Positions 20,501-27,570 of a stretch of 33,183 bases of DNA are shown here, piece by piece. The notes beneath the pieces were generated by a model. That model was not told where the DNA came from, searched no databases, and was given only the letters and a program-made list of their open reading frames with translations. Position numbers and translations under genes: made by a program. How positions within the stretch are numbered: the stretch's first letter is position 1; the number at the start of each line of letters is the position of its first letter. This DNA is from a virus (taxonomy: Duplodnaviria; Caudoviricetes), in the IMG/VR virus record IMGVR_UViG_3300017909_001720, positions 1-33,183 of that record; one strand, written 5' to 3'.

Positions 20501-22614
20501 AAACTTTGTTCTAAATGATTAAGCATTCTTATTTCGTATTTTAATTTTTCTAAGTATTCAACAGTTTGTCCTGCATCAGCCATTTTTTGATATTTTGTTA
20601 AATCGTTCATTTTTCTTGTTATTAGATTTTTAACACTTCCATTTCCATCTGTATAGATATAACTACCAGTACTTTTATGTCCTCCACCTAGTATTTTAAT
20701 TCTTTCAGCAACCGAAACTTGTTTGTATGTTTTACCATCATTTTTTAACACATACTGGCTATCACTTATCTTTCCTTCTCTTTGTAATTTACGCCTTCTA
20801 TTTTCAGAATACTTCATAGACCTTAGACTTCTAAAATATCTTGTTCGTTGTGAATCTCCTTCATCGTACATATAAGAATGTAGCATTGTTTCGATAGGAC
20901 TCATACCCCCCATACCTGGGCCAACAGTGTCATGAGGACTGTAAAAATAATTAGTTAATGGAGTTCCTGTCTTATCAATATTTAAATTACCACCATGTTC
21001 AAAATGTCTTCCTAAATCAGCCATAGCTTTATTTCTTACATTTATTAAATCACCTTGTACTTTTTCTAATTGATTATGTAATCTTGCTGAACCATCTCCA
21101 GGAGCTATGTAGTCAGTTAGGTCTTTTTGTGGGTTATCTGCTAAAGCATTTCCTAATGCTTCAAATCCTCCTGCAGTTCCTAGCTCTTTTAAGGCCTCTT
21201 TACTTATAAGTAATTCACCTATTGCATCCGATAAACCCGTCATACCCAATGCTCTAACTTGTTGTCCAAATCTAATAACACTCATTGTATGTTGTGAGTT
21301 TGTCAAAGCTATGTTTCTACTAAATTGAGAAAGGTCTCCTGTATTTATGCTTTGTGTAATGCCTAGATTTCCTAATGCATCAACAAGTCTAGTAACTAAT
21401 AAATCTGCAGTCATACCTTTTGAAGCAGAAGATTTAAAACCAAGTTCAACAGAAAGATTATTTACTGCAACAGCAAAATCTGGATTAACTGTTGCAGCAC
21501 CTTCCATAGCTTTTTTTAATTGTTGTTTATTTGTTATACCTAAATCTTTCATCATTCCTGCTTCAATACTTGGAATAATTTTAGTATTTTGAAACTCTCT
21601 AAGGTCTGGAGTGTAATAACCTTTTAATACACCATACTTTTGCGTTCTATACTCTTTAACATTTGTTGATAAAGAAGTTTCCATATATTTATTACCAATT
21701 GCCATATTGCCTTCAAGACCAGATTGAAAGTAATAGTTTTGCAATGCTCCTCTTCTTCTATCTCTATGAGCTGAACGTGCAGCTGCTGTTAGATTACTTC
21801 TCATATGTCCACTCTCTTTTTCTATAGCAGACAACATATAATCTTGCATATCTAAATCCATGACTGCTTTTATAGAAGCTTCTGGATTACTAAATGCGCC
21901 TATTTCAAGACCACCCATAATTTGTGAAAATCTTTCATTATTCATCATTCTATGTTCGCCTTTAGAATCTAATATGCCTTCTCTTGCGTCAAATCTAGGA
22001 AGATTTCTACCTTGGTTTTGGTCTCGATATTGCTTTGCTTGCATATATGGGTTATTTCTAATTGGGTCAGGAGCACCAGTTATAGCTCTCATGTATGTAC
22101 CTAACTGCCAATTATGAAGAACATTTTGATTTGTAGGTCTTTTAGCTTGCTTTTGTATTTCTCTATCAACAACTTCTGGATTAAAAAAAGCTTTAAGAGC
22201 AGCCTTTTTGCCCTCACCTCTGTTAATCATTTTTATTGCGCCTCTAGTTTGGCGACCGAAGTATAGGTTTGTATACCTATCTATAACACCAACATTAGTC
22301 TTAGGAAGTGCAGACCTAGCTTTTGGAACTACATTTCTAGCAAATCCTAGAACACCTGCACGTTGTATAGCAGGGTTTTTAAAGTTGAATTGTGAACTAG
22401 CACCTTTTGAAAATCTTTTAAAGGTGTTCATGGTTTGTTGAATATCGTAAGGAAGTGAAACTAATCCTGCTAATGGAACACCTAACATACGCAATGTAGA
22501 CATGTTATAACCTATAGCGTATCTTAAATCAGAACCTTTTAGATTTCTAAGTGATTTGAATAAACCAACTTTACCCTCACCAGCAAAGAGTGAAGGTCTA
22601 GGAATACGACGCAT
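17578..22614 (-). CDS. Very large basic protein in the HK97 gp10-like neck slot
   Basis: 1678-aa uninterrupted ORF coupled by TAATG overlaps on both sides. Internal KSI...VVVGG...IEYG...PSFFFTRA resembles the gp10-like motif series. Confidence 0.6.
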   Translation of the reverse strand: MRRIPRPSLFAGEGKVGLFKSLRNLKGSDLRYAIGYNMSTLRMLGVPLAGLVSLPYDIQQTMNTFKRFSKGASSQFNFKNPAIQRAGVLGFARNVVPKARSALPKTNVGVIDRYTNLYFGRQTRGAIKMINRGEGKKAALKAFFNPEVVDREIQKQAKRPTNQNVLHNWQLGTYMRAITGAPDPIRNNPYMQAKQYRDQNQGRNLPRFDAREGILDSKGEHRMMNNERFSQIMGGLEIGAFSNPEASIKAVMDLDMQDYMLSAIEKESGHMRSNLTAAARSAHRDRRRGALQNYYFQSGLEGNMAIGNKYMETSLSTNVKEYRTQKYGVLKGYYTPDLREFQNTKIIPSIEAGMMKDLGITNKQQLKKAMEGAATVNPDFAVAVNNLSVELGFKSSASKGMTADLLVTRLVDALGNLGITQSINTGDLSQFSRNIALTNSQHTMSVIRFGQQVRALGMTGLSDAIGELLISKEALKELGTAGGFEALGNALADNPQKDLTDYIAPGDGSARLHNQLEKVQGDLINVRNKAMADLGRHFEHGGNLNIDKTGTPLTNYFYSPHDTVGPGMGGMSPIETMLHSYMYDEGDSQRTRYFRSLRSMKYSENRRRKLQREGKISDSQYVLKNDGKTYKQVSVAERIKILGGGHKSTGSYIYTDGNGSVKNLITRKMNDLTKYQKMADAGQTVEYLEKLKYEIRMLNHLEQSLINGTPFVFQGFGKHKHQKIRGTLQKQHIKEISQSDSGAFVGDITGPFKVGGATKVGQDAHLFSQALMDGQKLPNEYMGFNSGGQSRIKDKTVSNEAQRRAELRREKRIGHNQIPSKLDIAKSIHIIPLASKEARKGPGMLNAVVVGGVSAPKRNRTADAVRDIVAIEYGGPATDMNGGYSKRTDGMFYLPSFFFTRAATESAAYLGLDPGNIIKNREKGLGREMTLHLKSNDPNRKKARQKARQKDRALKEIRKGQANLAKAQAAFVMLRRKAMRGNQDEALRMMNRRAMKSFNATENMPLEEGVMNDRFIDPDYVLSDSHDRFLKEGVMGQREFNMKSLGRVKRSLGEAGIGGGIIKNYMGKIQEIAPTQYASVWEVDGQSLVGRLPYVPVFDPQIYRQLLRSNSWEARQYLKNTKRKLGSFSPEYTQAIGDINKNSDFLMGSLMGDTNYNTLKKLIGTRTSHVREGLTQAIGLNLVELQDYQRMVSAPQGPGSQIGQIREALAGGKAKANLTRLYLEEMEKALQPILIGLPGVEKQIIRDKLKIQAARTASKVANAITTVWGRTSAGGVFLDGNGMFNALERTSILLEQGFAATTDSVGLMSAAYSMARSKQDKLTITKAFLDTNRSTFTHINMRFDKVAEKFDNDTTIIDIGETGYEEILDEIAEQAEREADELNYNWQGADRYPKTERAEDWTVGPKTVYTGNQRWKFDGSMGGKEASAELKKILFDEVEMQLVQTDEIARQVSDRFSFSTKDGVFAEKLLDHYNRNGIFPDVKAISGIDGRSRDGSGVNVFDSSKSVIRPKDFKTDTGGFAFDIEAILDWTRDAKYNDSGGGLEDMAKKLFDKKIHYLVDPDDTSYNVIKMGRIKQGVQSLRTVDMKEFGHIIGDIFHKKGYQESKLFIIELINQARTGKDGHNRMDKERFVEKFIREAGFSYEGFYNQMQSKFLRGEQNDTIHAIYTYYKNMKFRNY

Positions 22615-22964
22615 TAATCAAATAAGTGTGCTGAAGCTACAACACCTATTACATTTCCTGACCTATTTTTTGACTGTCTTATTGAATCAATTTCATAATA
22701 AATTGTGCTATCAGAAGTACTCTGCAATCTATCATTAGCTTTAACATCTACATCACCATGGAAGTAAATTGTTAAGTTTTGCAAAATAGTATTTCTATCT
22801 CCTTTAGCTTCTGTAGTTGCTCCCTCGTCTATTTTACAAACAACACTAGACAAATGAGATTGCCATGCTTGACTTTCTATACCACGCTCATCAACAGTAG
22901 TATCTGAAATTCTTTCAACGTTTATAGTATCTCTAAATAGTCTTTTGTGTAATTGACCTGCCAT
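22614..22964 (-). CDS. Head closure/head-tail joining protein
   Basis: 116 aa with VDERG...W, DVKANDR and YEI..I motifs of SPP1 gp16-like stoppers; synteny agrees. Confidence 0.8.
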   Translation of the reverse strand: MAGQLHKRLFRDTINVERISDTTVDERGIESQAWQSHLSSVVCKIDEGATTEAKGDRNTILQNLTIYFHGDVDVKANDRLQSTSDSTIYYEIDSIRQSKNRSGNVIGVVASAHLFD

Positions 22965-22970
22965 GGTTTT

Positions 22971-22979
22971 AGATTAACA
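22971..22979 (-). promoter_or_regulatory. Candidate leaderless promoter (extended -10)
   Basis: TGT-TAATCT-N6-ATG with no Shine-Dalgarno. Confidence 0.5.
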
Positions 22980-22992
22980 GACAGATTATAAA

Positions 22993-23610
22993 TTATTGTG
23001 TTTTGAGTTTTCTTGCTCTTTTAGCTCTTCTACTTTTAGACTTGCAATTTTTACAAAAGTATGATTTTGAATCAAAACTCCCGATTGACAATTCTTTTCT
23101 ACACATCAAACAAGTTCTTTTACTAGGAGTATCTTTTTTATTGTCTTTTAAATTATTTATACAATCTATACAAAATTTATTGTATCCGTCCTGATATTTT
23201 TGTGTTCTACTAAATTTACTAACAGACTTTACTTCTTTACACATATAACATTTTTTCTCTTGTGGGTCTAATCTGTTAGCTTTAGCTTTTTGTTGAGCTT
23301 CATGTATTTTTTGCGCTACATCTATGTCGTCTCTCACCCATGTAGCAAAAGCATCTCTACCAATGGGTAAGTCTTCATAAGTTTTAAGACTTGTAAGCGT
23401 TGATATATTGTTTTCTATTAAGTACGCAACTTTTTCTACTATTTCATAATCTACAGAAAATACAGCACCAAGGCCACATTCATGCCGTAATTGTCGTACT
23501 CTTTCTGGAGTTACACCCCATTCATCAGCAAATTGAACTAATGTTTTATTAGGTTCTTGTAAAAAAAGAACTTTTGCTTCTTCAAGTGTTGGCGATTTTC
23601 TATTAGGCAT
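22993..23610 (-). CDS. HTH plus double zinc-finger protein, putative DNA-binding regulator
   Basis: TLVQFADEWGVTPERVRQL is a sigma-70 region-4-like HTH. Four CxxC pairs (CYMC/CIDC, CLMC/CKNC) and a basic tail follow. Confidence 0.65.
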   Translation of the reverse strand: MPNRKSPTLEEAKVLFLQEPNKTLVQFADEWGVTPERVRQLRHECGLGAVFSVDYEIVEKVAYLIENNISTLTSLKTYEDLPIGRDAFATWVRDDIDVAQKIHEAQQKAKANRLDPQEKKCYMCKEVKSVSKFSRTQKYQDGYNKFCIDCINNLKDNKKDTPSKRTCLMCRKELSIGSFDSKSYFCKNCKSKSRRAKRARKLKTQ

Positions 23611-23616
23611 AGCCTA

Positions 23617-23622
23617 ATTATA
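23617..23622 (-). promoter_or_regulatory. Candidate leaderless promoter -10 box
   Basis: Perfect TATAAT-N6-ATG before the 205-aa gene; no strong SD. Confidence 0.55.
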
Positions 23623-23624
23623 TC

Positions 23625-24278
23625 TTATATAAAGAAAGTTTTTCTATATTTACCTAAGATTTGTAGGTCAGCACCAGCAAGTAAAGTAACTGAATTCATA
23701 CCTAAGTTACCAACATAGCTTATAGAGTAATCACCTAATGATTCTGAATCTGCTGCTGTAAAGTTAGATACTTGTGTAGAAGATTGAGCTACTATTTCTC
23801 CTGCTTCTTGTTGTGCTGATAGTACTAATTGTGATTCTAGTAATCTAGCTGAGGCTCTAGCGCATACATATTTAAAAGCATTAGGTAGTGTAAGGCCGTA
23901 TCCTCCTCCTGTATCGTAACCTGCGGTATAAGTTACAGTTATATTATCTGGATATGCGAAAGACCACCTAGAACCTATTCTTCTTATACGACCATTTGAA
24001 TACCAAGTAAAATCTTTTTGATTTCCGTATTCAAGTGTATTTCCATCTTCAACTACAGATGTAACCGCAATTACAGGTCTTTGTTCTAAAAATAGTTCTC
24101 TAGTTTGATTGCCTGAAAAAGATTCTGTATGTGACGCATAATCAACGTCATATCCTACATACTCTCTTATAGCATCTTCAATAAGAGGTATTATATTGTT
24201 TGTTAAATGTGTCTCTAAGTCTGAATGAAAGTCTATTAAGGCGAATTGCTCTACATCAGCAGCAGTACAGAAAGCCAT
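23625..24278 (-). CDS. Head-tail adaptor (HK97 gp6/SPP1 gp15-like)
   Basis: AFCTAADV start, L.QRPV..VTSV, ITVTYTAGY, ESLGDYSISY and L.KYR motifs. AGGAGG RBS. Confidence 0.85.
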   Translation of the reverse strand: MAFCTAADVEQFALIDFHSDLETHLTNNIIPLIEDAIREYVGYDVDYASHTESFSGNQTRELFLEQRPVIAVTSVVEDGNTLEYGNQKDFTWYSNGRIRRIGSRWSFAYPDNITVTYTAGYDTGGGYGLTLPNAFKYVCARASARLLESQLVLSAQQEAGEIVAQSSTQVSNFTAADSESLGDYSISYVGNLGMNSVTLLAGADLQILGKYRKTFFI

Positions 24279-24288
24279 TTATGACCTC

Positions 24289-24573
24289 CTATTCGTCTTC
24301 AGATTTAGATTCTTCTACCTTAGCGGATTTATCTTCGACTGGTTTTTGAGCTTTAGCTTTTGCTGGCTCTGCTTTTTTAGCAGGAGCTTTTTTAGCAGGA
24401 GCTTTCTTCTTAGGTTTATCTAATGCACCTTGCTCTTTTAACCACTCTGTTGGATATTCCTTACCAGCTTTAGCAATTAAGTCTGCTTGAGCTGATGGCA
24501 AGTCTGCTGGAACACCCTTCCAGATTTTTCCGTCAGGTAATTTGTAAATATTTTCTTCTGGTATTGTATACAT
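24289..24573 (-). CDS. Small head-associated protein with PAKK (histone H1-like) repeats
   Basis: 94 aa containing KPKKKAPAKKAPAKKAEPAKAKAQK; downstream of the capsid gene. Confidence 0.7.
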   Translation of the reverse strand: MYTIPEENIYKLPDGKIWKGVPADLPSAQADLIAKAGKEYPTEWLKEQGALDKPKKKAPAKKAPAKKAEPAKAKAQKPVEDKSAKVEESKSEDE

Positions 24574-24589
24574 AATAATTTATACTACC

Positions 24590-24649
24590 TTACTTACCAC
24601 GTTTTTTAGGTTTTTTAGGACCCTTCTTTGGTTTTTTATGATATGGCAT
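24590..24649 (-). CDS. 19-aa Lys/Pro-rich micropeptide MPYHKKPKKGPKKPKKRGK
   Basis: TAATG overlap with the previous ORF and AGGAG 9 nt upstream; below the ORF-track cutoff. Confidence 0.6.
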   Translation of the reverse strand: MPYHKKPKKGPKKPKKRGK

Positions 24650-24750
24650 TATCTTCTTCTCCTACGTCGTCTAACACGGCCACCCATTTTCATCTTTTTG
24701 GGACGAACTCGACCACCCATTCTATATGACTTAGGTCTACCCCTCGGCAT
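24649..24750 (-). CDS. 33-aa protamine-like peptide MPRGRPKSYRMGGRVRPKKMKMGGRVRRRRRRR
   Basis: GGAG 6 nt before the ATG. Overlaps the upstream ORF end and is coupled to the next ORF. The internal MGGRV repeat uses different synonymous codons. Confidence 0.72.
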   Translation of the reverse strand: MPRGRPKSYRMGGRVRPKKMKMGGRVRRRRRRR

Positions 24751-24913
24751 TAGAATCTCCATCAAAATCTTTAATTTCTAATACTTCTTCCTTTTTTTCC
24801 TCTTTGGGTTTTATAAATTGTTTTAATATTTCTTCTGATTTCTTAAAAAATTCTGGACTACGAACAATTCTTCCGAATGCTTGTAGTTGGTTTTTTCTAT
24901 CTTCTGGGTTCAT
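24737..24913 (-). CDS. 58-aa hypothetical protein MNPEDRKNQLQAFGRIVRSPEFF...DGDSNAEG
   Basis: Strong AAGGAG 4 nt before the ATG; open frame of 59 codons including the stop. Confidence 0.75.
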   Translation of the reverse strand: MNPEDRKNQLQAFGRIVRSPEFFKKSEEILKQFIKPKEEKKEEVLEIKDFDGDSNAEG

Positions 24914-24923
24914 TTTTCTCCTT

Positions 24924-24964
24924 GTTTTCTTGGGGTAGCTTACAAAACCTACCCCTAAGAAAAC
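24924..24964 (-). terminator. Strong stem-loop after the capsid gene (attenuator, stabiliser or U-less terminator)
   Basis: GTTTTCTT(A)GGGGTAG-loop-CTACCCCAAGAAAAC inverted repeat; no U-tract follows it. Confidence 0.6.
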
Positions 24965-24985
24965 TAATTATTGTTCTAGCAAACT

Positions 24986-26236
24986 TTAGAAGTTTGTTAT
25001 AGAACAGAATGCTGTTGGGCGATAAATCGCAAAACCTAATCTCATGGTCAATCTGATTGCCAATTGATTTTTTGCGAAGAAATCGCTATGACTGTCGGAA
25101 ACAGCTAGGTCAACGCCTTCTCTCATTACTACTTGAGCAGCGTCGCCACCACCAAATTTACCAACTAAAGCAGTTCCTGCAGCAATTACTGTAGAAGGAA
25201 CGACTTTAAGACCCCAAATTCTTGGAGCTACGTCGCCACCGAATCCACCTGCAACAACGAATAGAGGATTCTTAGCAGCATAACCTGCTGAAGATGTTCC
25301 TGCAAAGTCGTTTACAGATGTAACGATGTCATACCAGTCAGATGGGTGCATTACGATAGAATCTGCTTCTACGAATGCATCTTTTCTGATTTCTGTTATA
25401 GCTTGATAAATTTGACCTAATCTTGCTAATTCTCCAGAGTATGAAGAATAGTCGAATGTATTGATACCTGATTTGTTCAATACACCAGTTAGGTTAGGAG
25501 CGCTTCCGTCACCATTAACTAATTGGTTGTCCATGTTCAACTTCATCATTGTTGATAAACGTGAGTTGACATATCCTTGGATACCAGCAACATCAGCTAA
25601 CAACTCGTCAGTTACAGGTAAGAAAGTAGCCATCTTTCTGATGGATTCTGTTCTTTCTGTAAATGCTAAAGCACCTTCATTAGATGTACTAATGTCAGTG
25701 GACTCAGCAACTGCACCAGCGTTGTTGGTGAATGTTGTCTCTTCAAGGTAGACATATGCATTTTGGTTTGTATTGATTTGGTCAAACAATCCAATAACGC
25801 TGTCTGGGTTACGAAGAGCGGTCTCTAGGATACCAGGAGCTCTTAAGCTCTCTGGTGGATAACCAGTTGTGTTTAAAGTTGTTTTAAACTCTGCGTGTGA
25901 ATCTACACCTTTTACACCATTCTCTGTGTATGCTTTATAAGCTTGAGAATTAGCGAATTGCTCACCAATAGTTGATGGGCCTTTCTCCTCAGGCATTGCA
26001 TTAGGAATAGCATTTACAGGTGCTTCATCAGCAGCGACTTCCATTGCTTTCTCATTTTGAGCTTTTGCTTTTTCGACACCTAAATCATCAACAAGTCCAG
26101 CAAGTTCTGTGTTGAGACCTTTGATTTTCTCTTTGGCCTCAGGAGTGTACTTGCCGTCTTCGGATGAGTCGAAAGCTGCTTTAAGCTCTTCACGAGATTT
26201 TGCAATCTGGTCTTGAAGTTCTTGTACTTTTGACAT
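24986..26236 (-). CDS. Major capsid protein, HK97 fold
   Basis: 416 aa. N-terminal coiled-coil delta domain ending at about EFK118, then RKMATFLPVTDELLAD, NGDG..PN..G.L, VMHP.DW, IWGL.VV and F.KN..AIR...R motifs. Confidence 0.95.
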   Translation of the reverse strand: MSKVQELQDQIAKSREELKAAFDSSEDGKYTPEAKEKIKGLNTELAGLVDDLGVEKAKAQNEKAMEVAADEAPVNAIPNAMPEEKGPSTIGEQFANSQAYKAYTENGVKGVDSHAEFKTTLNTTGYPPESLRAPGILETALRNPDSVIGLFDQINTNQNAYVYLEETTFTNNAGAVAESTDISTSNEGALAFTERTESIRKMATFLPVTDELLADVAGIQGYVNSRLSTMMKLNMDNQLVNGDGSAPNLTGVLNKSGINTFDYSSYSGELARLGQIYQAITEIRKDAFVEADSIVMHPSDWYDIVTSVNDFAGTSSAGYAAKNPLFVVAGGFGGDVAPRIWGLKVVPSTVIAAGTALVGKFGGGDAAQVVMREGVDLAVSDSHSDFFAKNQLAIRLTMRLGFAIYRPTAFCSITNF

Positions 26237-26278
26237 ACTTGATTATCTCCTATATATATCTATTACTTGGTTTATTTT

Positions 26279-27481
26279 TTAGACGACAGGCTCGTCGTCT
26301 TCTATCTCGATATCCACAGTGTCAGCTAATAAAGACTGACCCTCTAACCACTCTGCATCAAAATCATCGTCAGACGATTCACTGTTATCATCTGCAACGG
26401 CTTCAGGTGATTCTACTTCAGGTTCTTCTGAAGATTCCACCTCTTCTACCTCAACGTCATCAGATGGGTCTTCATCCTCGACAACGTCTTCAACAGGTTG
26501 TTGTTCCTCTACTTCTGTCTCTGAAACTATTTCAGCTGGTTCGCTTCCAACATTTTCGATGAATTGGTCTAATTCAACCCATGCATCACTTAAGTCTTCT
26601 TGAACTGCTCTTAAAGCTTCAGTTGCTTTTGTACCTAGTGTTCTTCCATCTTTAGCACGCAACATCGCAATGGCGGTAGCTCGTACCATCAAGTCATTTA
26701 ATGCAGCAAGCACATCTTTGACTTGTTCTGAGAAAGTTTGACTTTTCTCGGACACTTCAATTTCTTCTGATTCTTGTGTCTCAATTGATGCTTCTTTAAT
26801 AGAATCTCTTACTGCTTGTAATTCTTTCAAATACAATGCAGGATTTTCTATAAGCATTTCAACTGTAACTGACTTCTCTTCCTCTTCTTTTTCAGAAGGT
26901 TCCTCAGAAGGAACTTCGGCTTCTGGTTCTTCCTTTTGGAAAGAGCCAGTGCCTAAAACACTTTTCTTCTCTTCCTCTACTAAATCTTCAACCAATTCTT
27001 TGTTAGATTTGATTGCCATAGTGTAGGTCTCTTGATTTGCACCAACAAGTACAGGGGATACTTCAAAGACAGTTAAGTCTTTAAGATATCTTGCATCTTG
27101 TTCGTCTTCGCTATCAGCACTCTTAAATGGTGCTCTTTCAGCGTCATTTACTCTATAACCGAATGACCATTGTTGCATGTCACCCATGTTTTTTACTATT
27201 TTATAAGCTTCTTGCCCTGAATCAGTATCCATAAAAAACTCACCATCAAAGGTTGCTTTTCCATCGTCTTCTTTGATTCTTCCTTTACCGATTGGCATGT
27301 CCCATTTGTGAGCCCATACCATAGGGACATCGCCAGATTTAAAACCTGATTTGATTGAACCTGGGAGAACGACATCTCCGTCAGAATCTAGACTATTGAA
27401 TACTGAAAATACAGCAGAAACTTTGCCTTCGGCTTCTTCTTTTAACTCGAAGTCGATGGCCTTTACTTCTTTTTCAGACAT
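26279..27481 (-). CDS. HK97-family prohead protease with long acidic C-terminal extension
   Basis: DSDGDVV.PG, WAH...PIG, WSFGY and EVSPVLVGAN motifs in the first ~160 aa. GAGGAG RBS. Confidence 0.93.
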   Translation of the reverse strand: MSEKEVKAIDFELKEEAEGKVSAVFSVFNSLDSDGDVVLPGSIKSGFKSGDVPMVWAHKWDMPIGKGRIKEDDGKATFDGEFFMDTDSGQEAYKIVKNMGDMQQWSFGYRVNDAERAPFKSADSEDEQDARYLKDLTVFEVSPVLVGANQETYTMAIKSNKELVEDLVEEEKKSVLGTGSFQKEEPEAEVPSEEPSEKEEEEKSVTVEMLIENPALYLKELQAVRDSIKEASIETQESEEIEVSEKSQTFSEQVKDVLAALNDLMVRATAIAMLRAKDGRTLGTKATEALRAVQEDLSDAWVELDQFIENVGSEPAEIVSETEVEEQQPVEDVVEDEDPSDDVEVEEVESSEEPEVESPEAVADDNSESSDDDFDAEWLEGQSLLADTVDIEIEDDEPVV

Positions 27482-27536
27482 AGCTATTAATATCTCCTCT
27501 GTTAACAGATTTATTAAAAGGTACGCTATATAGTCA

Positions 27537-27570
27537 ATTTTTGCAGATGCTTAAAAAAAGCGTGGTATTT
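27537..27570 (-). promoter_or_regulatory. Repeated promoter-like motif, copy upstream of protease-capsid genes
   Basis: AAATACCAC-N19-AAAAAT, with TGC immediately before the hexamer. Confidence 0.62.

Noticed and set aside
22996-23004. AAAACACAA 19 nt before the TAATCT box as a fourth copy of the promoter motif
   Set aside because: Only 5 of 9 positions match AAATACCAC and it lies in coding sequence.
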